IMG/VR virus record: IMGVR_UViG_3300045988_117662
Span: 16,448-80,447 of that record
Length of the DNA: 64,000 nucleotides
From: a virus
Direction: 5' to 3' (one strand)
This document shows positions 12,101-19,459 of the stretch, piece by piece. The notes under the pieces were generated by a model that was not told where the DNA came from, made no database searches, and saw only the letters and a list, made by a program, of their open reading frames with translations. Positions within the stretch are counted from its first letter, which is position 1; each line of letters begins with the position of its first letter. The translations under genes and the position numbers were made by a program.

Positions 12101-12798
12101 TCCCGGAAGGAGAAGAGGTTTATGTAGAGGGAGATGAGGTTAATAGTATTATGACCGATATGGAATCAAGGTATGGTATAGACACCATCAATCACTTGCA
12201 TACGACTAAGGCTATAAGGGACCTTAACGGCGTATCAGGTTATAAAGTAGAATACGGCTTAACCTTTTTGACATACGATCCTTTTATTAGAATATCCAAT
12301 CTAAGGAAAGGATCTAAGGCTGCGAAAGACGAACCTCGTATATCCGAAGAGTCGCTTACTCACATATCAAGGGTGACAACCCCTTATTTCCTGTACGGCG
12401 GCGATGAAGCATATACATCTGTTCCGGCTAAGGTAGAACCTATACCGGAGAAGATAATGGGTCGTAATGGCATTAAATTTGGTATGAGTGTAGTCGAGTT
12501 AACCAAATTAGGGTACAAAAAAGCTGGTGGAAACTGGATATATAAATTTTATATGAACTCAGGTGTGTATGATGTGTATGATTTGTATAATATCAGTACC
12601 GGTGAAGCGTTTAGGGCAAAACCGGATCTTGGAGTTAAGATAAGTTCCAGTGCATTCATCCGCTCTTTATCTCAATCTGGTAGAAAAATACAAAATATGA
12701 TGAGTAACATGAGTCAGGAAGAGATAGATAGGAATAAGAATCTCGTAGAAGGTTCTGATAATTCGGATTCGATAAATGAGTTAAATAAAGAGTGTTGA
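6148..12798 (+). CDS. giant phage protein (2216 aa), candidate ejected/cargo protein
   Basis: ATG overlaps the upstream stop (ATGGCTGA 6148-6155). It has a Gly-rich hydrophobic block (GAMISAYMTGGLGVGSLGNIGAKLGGRIGAKL) and an acidic C-terminal region. No DxDGD RNAP motif was found by eye. Confidence 0.65.
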   Translation: MADNNIDRYNPAAKTTYEDVARQRKLAEEENYTPATLPETTTPLVPNYMPGEGVYAQPKFPDYASRIAAAEYEEPYIAKEISNSYSEALARNSYRGATPAPPPLNPYGPKVSIRESHQMGNDGVWRTKYPNYIPGINNEDYYARRQSGWSKFWNGVGKFALKSALYGAQGVVSLPDKLINMASEGSYKAALNTNMDKFVGDLDQQIDMLLPHYYRKEVEDYNFGQKLFKDTGNFLWNDVLGNGMSFTVGAMISAYMTGGLGVGSLGNIGAKLGGRIGAKLVARQAANRGIGSLKSVFNDYVRKGVATGRNVGEAAKTMTLLATSAGFESSVEANSFMKQSESDFKDYYRKIYGRDPNAEEMAVFRNSNADVGSAIFAANMGIVGLSNWLLFGKYIGLGGKAIPGLEKKLNKHLFGLGTEVAKPGEMAIKITNPNIGQKIAGNVFNIMKRPVSEGLWEEGSQGVVQNTAEEYVKSRYDNVAMNGAVDVLDAISEGFKKQYTSKEGWTEIGIGAIIGSLFGMREGFFGVKEYSNSRILLERQVNEYNKASSNLNTAALNTLKKSMSLGPQVRSDAQSMTGKELDDAMFEKMSIDNQMGTLEDSAENFRQMIDMMPISEIAEANGMSLEEAKKYKDSIIDNYNNRLSDFRSAQSFAEDLIGDDSKIEFRKYVARNAFLGLQSESRMKDIASVIETLSGQPRVADALSTFSRLSGRARERAMAIRGIRSRIEELESEIEDLATRPRNVDGKDPQAESIQRKTRELEDLRTNYNNSLSELSTLIGKEFSIEKLVSKTESVLSSPLSPISSQDVIEAYDTLVAFDDYFNVKSRQEKKFTAKDKAMRSLVNEYRRSLMDYRNMNNFLSKMLDKRFLAEENRGFSKALSSLWSTPYKGDDKVPDFAEPNKVGEYDTDEVVDQAVSEGKISEDEAWTIKAFMHALDKVREDRMKEVEDNIKESPLTESVSDEDYEAAMDNPIMVPVVRQSIIDKLYTGNADLLTAREKDVYDKYKQDFDDYVSSLGDSPINLIKSLSEKADRLTSPRSVYEENKAIIDMAKSNLEPDQRQELDDAISSYVDIMNRRDKGEKVDEDKLADSVFTIEDLGQVGNITDLLPYVEQNRIIDKGRISESTLSNFGEDDANIDSLVNELDESDNTSGANIDSAQNPETLMVRRISNDGNERYEIAGLRADKFISSIKSLVPIQISFETNANGTKRYFLNIGGETATIMELPYHARWSIDKESARILNRYTDVSIQDVGNSYSLVYKRLDSDELVPYRTGVGFGENEVDKIDQEALSSLKKGDKVNLEIDVNDTYNQSLFAEYNDAVQSGDKKRIESAENKLVSNMVIKVMSGNRFVSVVKADTGGIDGISKIRRTAFNKWKKDAGRSATIGVGTHVVAQTLPGRPVFNMKVNGQGYGQVENLPITEKGAEKVSDVGYVLNGKVVLKNGSKYTGFPFAYSILNDKGNNYKNVRVPVVVIKGKNGLNYLFPVSLRSVESEEGQKWMSSIDMLLESGDSELLQMGQDDIQDLNAYLTKLGLDPASYQVSYLNPISGLRKAREAIEELSTVPDVVKWVEDGSRSVKDIVTSEVESGIDFEGEMFVAPKIRIQFGKSSSRPKSLIEDDLPFSDEGKIVTSKEDVDVYEEEMSEEGAVRETQPAPLAQPASATQAMQSLPGKKRTSRKNLSLMLNEIESHIEKEGLPPYANIFDFIARKIVGGDLRFLRERGNPKSLKEEMGLEPKGTVGDKISTPSSKGGKTLEEYVSWLRSQTDQVVVDYVGPRSDEQIISELKNFLKYINFVPSKALNYSLRVNGMDTLKEYGTKEEVEKMESDINSLVSKVLPTVDNKTVEDVSTAIKSNNLPAIWEPVESLDMTNEEKIEFLNNVADFLSGIPEYDAVVESIESESDNILNDGKEGSAEGGAVRTEEDGDKKGDGEGKGQSRTNVEVERNVELPGSEEGRVDNYRKNGDKFSDIAEVTLWLLRRAAGITSIPEGEEVYVEGDEVNSIMTDMESRYGIDTINHLHTTKAIRDLNGVSGYKVEYGLTFLTYDPFIRISNLRKGSKAAKDEPRISEESLTHISRVTTPYFLYGGDEAYTSVPAKVEPIPEKIMGRNGIKFGMSVVELTKLGYKKAGGNWIYKFYMNSGVYDVYDLYNISTGEAFRAKPDLGVKISSSAFIRSLSQSGRKIQNMMSNMSQEEIDRNKNLVEGSDNSDSINELNKEC

Positions 12799-12837
12799 GT
12801 ATGAGAAGGAGATTTTTTTAATGCTGCGGATAATTTC

Positions 12838-13332
12838 GTGGGAGGATGTTATAATAAGTTATCTAATGAAGATATAAAAAGGCTTGGAGGAAAAAGACCT
12901 TATGTATGTCAGTTTAATAAAATTCATATACATATAGGGCCTGTATTAAAAGATCATGATTCCGATGTTAGTTACATAATGTTTAATAGTAATTGGAATT
13001 ATGGTGGTTATGAATCTATGGTTTATCATCATAGCAATAATGGTATTTTTATATTAGGTGAAAACAAAATTGGTAATATAGAAGACCATATACAAGATCT
13101 AACATATTGGTACGAATATGATCCAAGCATTAATGAAAATTATTGTTATTTTTATTATGAGGCTAATAACAGCGGAAATGCTATCAAGTTGAATGGTGAG
13201 TTTGGTAGTACCAGTACTGTTTTCAACATTCCCAGCTTGGAAGTCACCACTCTTCGTGATGGCAGTTTGAGTTTTCCGGAGATTTATATAGAAGGAGTTT
13301 GGGATCCGTCATTGTATAAATCAGTTTTATAA
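12838..13332 (+). CDS. hypothetical protein (164 aa)
   Basis: ORF with a GTG start in the track frame, located between giant genes. It is Asn/Tyr-rich and beta-rich in character. Confidence 0.45.
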   Translation: MGGCYNKLSNEDIKRLGGKRPYVCQFNKIHIHIGPVLKDHDSDVSYIMFNSNWNYGGYESMVYHHSNNGIFILGENKIGNIEDHIQDLTYWYEYDPSINENYCYFYYEANNSGNAIKLNGEFGSTSTVFNIPSLEVTTLRDGSLSFPEIYIEGVWDPSLYKSVL

Positions 13333-13358
13333 TTAACTTTGCAAAAAAGTTAATTATT

Positions 13359-15614
13359 ATGGGTGTCAAATGTCAGATAGAAAAGAAGGAAAATAAAATA
13401 GAACGGGTTGAGGCTCCTAACGGTGAGCCTTCCGTTCTTTACGAAAGTGCTTTAAAAGTATTAGGAAACAGCGAGCGGGCTCTTCAGGTATGGGCTAAGG
13501 CTTACACTCCTGGTTTTTTGTCGTATTACGGTCATTGGAATAACCCGGCTCCAGGGGAGATGTTTAATACCGATCCTAATGGCGAACCTCTTTTAGAAGA
13601 TGTGCTGTCGTATATGAAGCGTCAGGCTTATTTTTCCGATCCCTTAACGGCTCAGGATGTTAAGGATGTAAGAGATGTTATGATATCCAATTCCATATAT
13701 AGCATACGATCTCTTATTAATAGAGTTAGAAGCTCTTTTTATGTGGATGGTAATCTTATCCTAAATGAAGAAAATCTAAGGAGATCCGGCTTGTACAATG
13801 AGACAGAGATAAGTAGGATATTAGATAATCCTTCTGTACTTAATGAGGTCAGCTCTTTTATGAGGTTATTATTAGATTATTCCAATAACGAACACGATCT
13901 CGGGAAAGAGTCTTACTTCACAACCGTAGAAAAACCATACGGTCCTGTTGTGTATAAAAATGGTGTCTTCAATAAATTAGGAAAGAGAGCATCATATAAT
14001 CCGGCTGAAGTTTACGAGGTTATAAAAAATACAGTAGGAGGTATTAGTGTTGCTTCAGAGTTTGATGCTGCTTTCGAATCTTTATCTGATTCATATCCGG
14101 AGTTAGTTGAAAGATATCAGTCGGATAAGAGTTTTGCCTTGTCGCTGTTCAACGAATTTTCGAATATGAACATCGTTCCGGTTGTGGCTTTAGAAGATAA
14201 TAATATCGTAGAAGGGAAGAGACGGTCATTATCAAAGTTGCAAGATTATGCTTATTACAGCCCTATTGGATCTGAGTCATTACGAGCTCGTATATCAGCC
14301 TTTCTAAACAGGGTTAATGCTGATACAGAAGAAGACCTTAGAAGTATGATATGGGATGTAGAAGAGGCTTGTGTAGGTCTTGGTATAGATATCGTAGGCG
14401 TGTCTAAGGCATATGACGGAACAGAAGAATCGCTGAATAAAATTGATAGCTTGATGCTGGATCTTGATATTTATGTAGCAAGGCGCAACGATGATACTTA
14501 TGCTCCTACCTTAGCTTCTGCTATCGATGACGTTCTTGGAGATAGCCAGGATCGCCGTGTTATGTTTCTGCCAGAGTATATGGATAATATGAATATCGTT
14601 TATATGGAATCTGACATAGATCCGGTATCGGCATTTGAAAATCATTCTCTGCTTTATCTTGGTGGAAACCTATATCATAAGGTAGAAAGAGATAATTTAG
14701 GTGATTTGTACGATATAGCTGCCGAGCTTGCCAAGCGGAGTCTAACTTATTTCCCACCTGGTATCTATCCTGAATATTGTTTTAAGGATGGTGTTTTAGA
14801 TAAGCTCCGCGTGAAAAACGTAGATAGTAAGGCCCTTGCTGATTCTATTAAAAAATACGTCCTGTCTTATACCGATTCTCAGAATACGGAAGAGATGAAT
14901 GCTACCAGATTGGCGTTCGGTCATCTTGTTGTTCTTGGAAGCCCGTATGTTAATGAAGAACGGGAGTTTAGCCGATACATAAACAGAAAGCAGGACAAAG
15001 AGAATCCTTTACTCTTATTCGATTTATACCAATCTTATCTTGAAAATAAGCTTCATAATACGGAAGTGTACGAAGGGGCATACAAGTATCTTGACTTTAA
15101 ACCAGATCATTTACTGGGTCTTACCGTTTCAGATCCGGATACGTTAAAACAAATTGAACTATCTTTGGCAGGTAATGATCGTGAGCAGTTATTTGAGTAT
15201 AGCATGAGCAGCACCGATCCTTCTTTTACAGATCTGTTCTATTTGGATTATTATGATATGTTATATGCCGGTTCTGATTTCTATCACGATCTTTTTACGA
15301 AACATCCTAATCTCTTAAATGAGGTTCGGGATCATAACATAACTAAGCAGGATGATAATGTTATCGTAGAAGGTTTGTATGATAATTTTATCAGAATAGG
15401 AGACATGGTGTTCACTAAAGTTGGCGAAAGTAGTTCCGGCTCTATCTACCAAAATCTAACAGGAACCGAATCGGAGGTGAAATACGATTCTACTCAGAAG
15501 GCTAAGACGGTAGAAACCGATTACGCTCCATACCAAAACAGATCTGGCTTGACGCAAGATATGACCGTAAGCAAGTCTGAATTGGATGATCTTAATAAAT
15601 TGGAATGCAGGTAA
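13359..15614 (+). CDS. hypothetical phage protein (751 aa)
   Basis: Long ORF and last gene of the + strand operon. A terminator-like hairpin follows it. Confidence 0.6.
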   Translation: MGVKCQIEKKENKIERVEAPNGEPSVLYESALKVLGNSERALQVWAKAYTPGFLSYYGHWNNPAPGEMFNTDPNGEPLLEDVLSYMKRQAYFSDPLTAQDVKDVRDVMISNSIYSIRSLINRVRSSFYVDGNLILNEENLRRSGLYNETEISRILDNPSVLNEVSSFMRLLLDYSNNEHDLGKESYFTTVEKPYGPVVYKNGVFNKLGKRASYNPAEVYEVIKNTVGGISVASEFDAAFESLSDSYPELVERYQSDKSFALSLFNEFSNMNIVPVVALEDNNIVEGKRRSLSKLQDYAYYSPIGSESLRARISAFLNRVNADTEEDLRSMIWDVEEACVGLGIDIVGVSKAYDGTEESLNKIDSLMLDLDIYVARRNDDTYAPTLASAIDDVLGDSQDRRVMFLPEYMDNMNIVYMESDIDPVSAFENHSLLYLGGNLYHKVERDNLGDLYDIAAELAKRSLTYFPPGIYPEYCFKDGVLDKLRVKNVDSKALADSIKKYVLSYTDSQNTEEMNATRLAFGHLVVLGSPYVNEEREFSRYINRKQDKENPLLLFDLYQSYLENKLHNTEVYEGAYKYLDFKPDHLLGLTVSDPDTLKQIELSLAGNDREQLFEYSMSSTDPSFTDLFYLDYYDMLYAGSDFYHDLFTKHPNLLNEVRDHNITKQDDNVIVEGLYDNFIRIGDMVFTKVGESSSGSIYQNLTGTESEVKYDSTQKAKTVETDYAPYQNRSGLTQDMTVSKSELDDLNKLECR

Positions 15615-15658
15615 TTTTTGTATACATATAATATAGTTTTTTCATAATTACGATTTGG

Positions 15659-15692
15659 AAAGTGAGGCTTGTGAAAGTCTCACTTTTCTCAT
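15659..15692 (+). terminator. terminator-like hairpin after the 751-aa gene
   Basis: An 8 bp stem AAAGTGAG/CTCACTTT with a 12 nt loop runs into TTTTCTC. It lies 45 nt after the stop at 15614. Confidence 0.4.
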
Positions 15693-16113
15693 ATATGTAC
15701 GTATATCAATAACATACAAGAAAAGTTATATTTTCATTGTTTATGGATTATTTTTGTTAAGTTTGCGATATTAGTTTCAGGAAGGGATTATGGGAATAAG
15801 GAAAAAGTAAGAACCGAACGTAACTAATAACAGTAGGAAATGAGAATCAGTACCATCAAACGTAACAACAGCATTCATCTTATGTATAAAAACATTATGA
15901 ATGATTTAGGTCAATTAAGAACTGTAGTTTCAAAATCCTATATTTATAATCTGATACGAAATCAAACCGGATTAAGTATCAGAACTATATCCCATGTCTT
16001 GAATCACACAAAAGAACAGGATACAGATTCTTTGTGAAAAGCGTACATTTTCATACATTTGTGTATTCTTTAGTTTTTAGATTTAAGTTTTTTCATGGTA
16101 TTAGTTTAGAGAT

Positions 16114-16139
16114 CAGGGCTCGCAGTGATGCGGGCCCTG
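16114..16139 (+). other. GC-rich stem-loop with GNRA (GUGA) tetraloop
   Basis: CAGGGCTCGCA-GTGA-TGCGGGCCCTG forms an 11 bp stem with one G.U wobble. It is followed by GTTTGATTT and sits in a 700 bp non-coding region. Confidence 0.4.
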
Positions 16140-16305
16140 GTTTGATTTACAGCGCTTTACCCAAAATGGGAAAAGCGTAAGTTTCTGATTATCAGTTTTT
16201 CACCTTAAATGGGGAAAATTAATTATTGTGTATTATACTTCCGTTTTTGCTGAAAATACTTCTCTTCTATAGGAAATAAACACACCCATATTCCACCCTG
16301 CAATC

Positions 16306-17370
16306 ATGATCTTTGTTACGTGCTTCATGCACGTATGTTTAACAATTAAATACTATAAAATTATGGGTGGTGATAAAATCGTCCTTTTAGATGGAGCCGG
16401 GGCTAACGGTGGTGGTGCAGCCACCACCGGTCTTCTTTCAATGATTCCCGGCATGTTTGCTAATTTGATAGGTGGTAATAAAATGGATCCGAATCTGGTG
16501 GCGGCTTTGATGAACGGTCGTAACAACCAGGACGGTTTCGGTGGGGCTAACGGTTGGTGGCTCTGGATAATTGTTTTGTTCTGGCTGTGGGGTGGACGCG
16601 GCTTCGGTAACGGTTTTGGAAATGGCGGTGATTGTTGTGCCAATGGTTTGCCGGCTCAGTTGAATAACGATTACGGTCGTGAACTTTTGATGCAGGCAAT
16701 TCAAGGTAATCGTAGCGCCATAGATCAGATTGCTTCTGCTTTGAACTGTTCTACTACTCAACTTCAAAACGCTATCTGCAACGTACAGGGTGCCATTGAT
16801 AAAGTAGCTGGTCAGGTAGGTATGACTTCTCAGGCTGTTATCAACGCAGTTCAACAACAAGGTTGTGAAATAGGAAATCAAATCAGCTCTTGCTGCTGCA
16901 ATCTGAGTTCGTTGATCAATCAAAGCACTTGCCAGACTCAGGGAATGATTACTCAGCAAGGTTTTGATAACCAGCTTCGCACGTTGGAACAAACCAATGT
17001 CTTGCAGAACGGTCTCAACCAAGGTCTGGCTAACAATCGTGAGCAAGCTACAAGCCAATTCAATATCTTGTCTGCGAAACTTGACGCCCAAACCGTTATG
17101 ATCAATGACAAATTCTGTCAGTTGGAAATGAGGGAGATGCAGAACACTATTGCTCAACTTCGTGAAGAAAAAGCGGCTTTGACAGCTTCGGCATTATCTC
17201 AGCAACAAACCCAGAATATCGTTGGTCAATTACGCCCGACGGCCGTCCCGGCCTACCCCTCTTGTTCTCCTTACCAGGCTTATACTTGGGGACAGGTATT
17301 CGGAGGAGGTTGCTGCAATAACGGATGTGGATGTAACAACGGATGTTGCAATAACAACGCTGCTGTCTGA
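16306..17370 (+). CDS. low-complexity Gly/Asn/Gln/Cys-rich membrane-anchored protein (likely start at ATG 16363)
   Basis: The ORF has one hydrophobic helix (GWWLWIIVLFWLWGG) and a coiled-coil-like Q-rich middle. Its C-terminus is Cys-rich (GGGCCNNGCGCNNGCCNNNAAV). Codons are strongly GGT/GCT/AAC/CGT-biased, unlike its neighbours. Confidence 0.5.
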   Translation: MIFVTCFMHVCLTIKYYKIMGGDKIVLLDGAGANGGGAATTGLLSMIPGMFANLIGGNKMDPNLVAALMNGRNNQDGFGGANGWWLWIIVLFWLWGGRGFGNGFGNGGDCCANGLPAQLNNDYGRELLMQAIQGNRSAIDQIASALNCSTTQLQNAICNVQGAIDKVAGQVGMTSQAVINAVQQQGCEIGNQISSCCCNLSSLINQSTCQTQGMITQQGFDNQLRTLEQTNVLQNGLNQGLANNREQATSQFNILSAKLDAQTVMINDKFCQLEMREMQNTIAQLREEKAALTASALSQQQTQNIVGQLRPTAVPAYPSCSPYQAYTWGQVFGGGCCNNGCGCNNGCCNNNAAV

Positions 17371-17393
17371 TTTTATTAAGAGAGGAGGCTAAT

Positions 17394-17807
17394 ATGGCTT
17401 GTGTTTCTAAAATAGGATCGTTGTATGAGATGGTTACGAAGAATGTTATTGTCAGTACGACAAATACAGTCTTCGGTATTAACCCACGGGCTTGGATCGC
17501 CCTTCCGTGTGAGGGTCTTATCCTTCTTAAGATAAGGCAAGTAGTCCCCACAGCCGGAAGTGCTCTACCGGTACAGATTGCGGTCCCGGCAAACAGCACA
17601 GTTTCAACAGTAGGATCCGACACCTGTTGCCCGGTTACGGGAGTGAATGTCGTGAACCCTATTAACGTAGCTGTCACGGGTGCTGCTATGGTAAATGGCA
17701 CAGAACGCCTTCTGTACTTCAATAAAGTTCGTGGCGTGTTAAGATTAATGGATTGTTGTGTTCCGACAACAACAGCCCAGGCGTCTGAAGTTAAAGCAGG
17801 TAAATGA
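17394..17807 (+). CDS. hypothetical protein (137 aa), Val/Thr-rich
   Basis: ORF co-oriented with and downstream of the low-complexity gene. Its codon bias is similar to that gene. Confidence 0.45.
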   Translation: MACVSKIGSLYEMVTKNVIVSTTNTVFGINPRAWIALPCEGLILLKIRQVVPTAGSALPVQIAVPANSTVSTVGSDTCCPVTGVNVVNPINVAVTGAAMVNGTERLLYFNKVRGVLRLMDCCVPTTTAQASEVKAGK

Positions 17808-17857
17808 TTTCAGTAGGGTGATGAATATCATCACCCTATTTTCACCTAACTAATATT

Positions 17858-18352
17858 TTGATCATGTTTTCAGATTTGAAGAAAGGGTTTCAGGTACATA
17901 CCCTTGATACTAATACAGTACCTAAATACGAATTGGGAAAGGTAGTAGCCGTATCCGAACCCAGGTATCTTCCTCCTCAGCCAGGTCAGTATCAGGCGAT
18001 GCAGACCCGCGTGGTGGATCTGACGGTAGAGCTCACTGGCGAAACCAAGACCTATACGGTCCCGGAATCCCAGAATGTGGCTAAGGCTATGGGCATAACA
18101 TTATCTACCAGCATAGATCCGATTATGAACGAACTGAATGCTATAAAAAACACCAGTCAAGACATAATAAACAGCGTAGATGCCCATCGTGCCAAGATAG
18201 AGGCTTGTGAATCTATATTAGAAGACATCAATCCGGCATTCAAACAAACGAGAGAGCAGGATCGTAAAATAGCTGGTATAGAAAATAAGGTGAATGACCT
18301 TACTGATTCATTCGAAGATTTAAAGAAGTTAATTGTAGAACGTTTGAAATAA
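17858..18352 (+). CDS. hypothetical protein (164 aa) with C-terminal coiled coil
   Basis: ORF whose C-terminal third is heptad-like and charged. Confidence 0.5.
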   Translation: MIMFSDLKKGFQVHTLDTNTVPKYELGKVVAVSEPRYLPPQPGQYQAMQTRVVDLTVELTGETKTYTVPESQNVAKAMGITLSTSIDPIMNELNAIKNTSQDIINSVDAHRAKIEACESILEDINPAFKQTREQDRKIAGIENKVNDLTDSFEDLKKLIVERLK

Positions 18353-18359
18353 GTATAAT

Positions 18360-18728
18360 ATGATAGTATATGATTTAAATTCAGGACACAGAGAATATCC
18401 TGGATATGACGAGATAGAAGACAGACGAGGTGGAGGCAGAGGCAGAAGCCGGCGTTCTGATGGGACGTACATGGGGTACGGTGGTGGTATTTACGACCAT
18501 TACGGTATGCATGAGAAGATGAAGGAAATGGAAGAACGCGAAAACGAGCTGGAAGAAAGGGAAAGAAGGCTTGAAGAGCGCGAACGTCGTCATGAAATGG
18601 AGGACCGGGAATACCGGAGGATGGGTTACGAATCCTACCCGACCGATTACTATGGAGACGACAGATACTACGGTGACGGACCTCAGATGCGTAGAGGTCG
18701 CGGACGTGGCAGAGGTCGTTCTTATTGA
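18360..18728 (+). CDS. Arg/Glu-rich low-complexity protein with RGG/RGRGRGR termini
   Basis: RGGGRGRSRR occurs at the N-terminus. The centre is an ERERRLEERERR charged helix. The C-terminus is RRGRGRGRGRSY. Stops are absent in several frames here because of the composition. Confidence 0.45.
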   Translation: MIVYDLNSGHREYPGYDEIEDRRGGGRGRSRRSDGTYMGYGGGIYDHYGMHEKMKEMEERENELEERERRLEERERRHEMEDREYRRMGYESYPTDYYGDDRYYGDGPQMRRGRGRGRGRSY

Positions 18729-18821
18729 GGAGCAGACGCAGAGGATCCAGCTTATCAGAAATATGTAGATACTTACGGCTACCATTTTTCTAATGCTCTC
18801 GCTGATGAGGCGGTAAAGAAG

Positions 18822-19115
18822 ATGGTCAACGTCGATGGATCCAAGAGGATCTGGAAGCAGCCGGAAATAAAAGATATTTTTGAAAAGTGCGGAGCGAAGA
18901 AGCCGGATAAAGCGACATGGGGCGATGTCCAATATGTCTTTGCAATGTACTATTCGGATGGTTTTCCGAAGGTCTTCAAATGTGAGAACGAGTTGGTGAA
19001 AGCTACGTTAATGTATTTGGATGATCCGGATGCTCCCGAAGGAGTAGCCTTTATAAGATGGCTTGCCGTGCAAGATTACCTCGGCGAAAAAATAAACTGG
19101 AAGGATCTGACCTGA
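18822..19115 (+). CDS. hypothetical protein (97 aa)
   Basis: ORF that ends immediately before the IS element. Confidence 0.5.
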   Translation: MVNVDGSKRIWKQPEIKDIFEKCGAKKPDKATWGDVQYVFAMYYSDGFPKVFKCENELVKATLMYLDDPDAPEGVAFIRWLAVQDYLGEKINWKDLT

Positions 19116-19459
19116 GATCCAGATCCAGGTCCTTCCGGTGGTGCGGGAGCCATAGTAAAAAATATGATTCCCGCATTCCCGTTTTTCCCGTTTGGAAAAA
19201 AAGGAATAAAAATATTATACCGGTCGGCGGGCAATAGAATACCCGTGGCCGGTTTGTTTCACATAACTTTTTTTTGGATATGAATATAGCACACGAATCT
19301 AAATCGAATAAAACCCCCTTGTATTTAATAGGAGAGTTGATTGGCGTACCGAATACGGTTATGGACACGGCATTGCATGAACTGAAAGATAGAATAGACA
19401 AAGACCCTAAATGGGTGATTATATACCACTTTACACCAAAAGCGTAAAGTAATACACAT
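19116..19459 (-). ncRNA. putative omega-RNA (reRNA) / right-end region of the IS605-family element
   Basis: A 344 nt non-coding stretch lies immediately 3' of tnpB on the same strand. It has GC-rich imperfect hairpins, TTCCCG x3 (19168-19190), a TCCCGTTT tandem and GATCCAGATCCAG (19116-19128). Its position matches the known TnpB/omega-RNA architecture. Confidence 0.4.

Noticed and set aside
15615-16305. Search for tRNA genes in the long non-coding regions (also 39777-40277 and 63856-64000)
   Set aside because: No cloverleaf with a GTTCRANNC T-arm and matching acceptor stem could be assembled by eye. The local CTGATAC...GTATCAG hairpin at about 15940-15975 does not fit tRNA geometry.
16438-17157. 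239-aa ORF on the minus strand fully inside the low-complexity gene
   Set aside because: Its Thr/Leu/Ser-rich translation is not protein-like. The + strand gene has sensible context (leader, downstream co-oriented genes) and a coherent domain layout. The open frame is best explained by the unusual codon-biased, stop-poor composition.
18381-18932. 183-aa minus-strand ORF and 65-aa + ORF (18571-18768) overlapping the RGG/RE-rich gene
   Set aside because: They are by-products of the repetitive GA/GC-rich coding sequence (cgcgaacgtcgt... and gaggaggag...). Their translations are homopolymeric (SATSATS, VVSVVS).
19051-19401. 116-aa ORF inside the putative omega-RNA region
   Set aside because: It lies in the structured 3' flank of tnpB where an RNA is expected. 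It has no start context and has a low-complexity translation.
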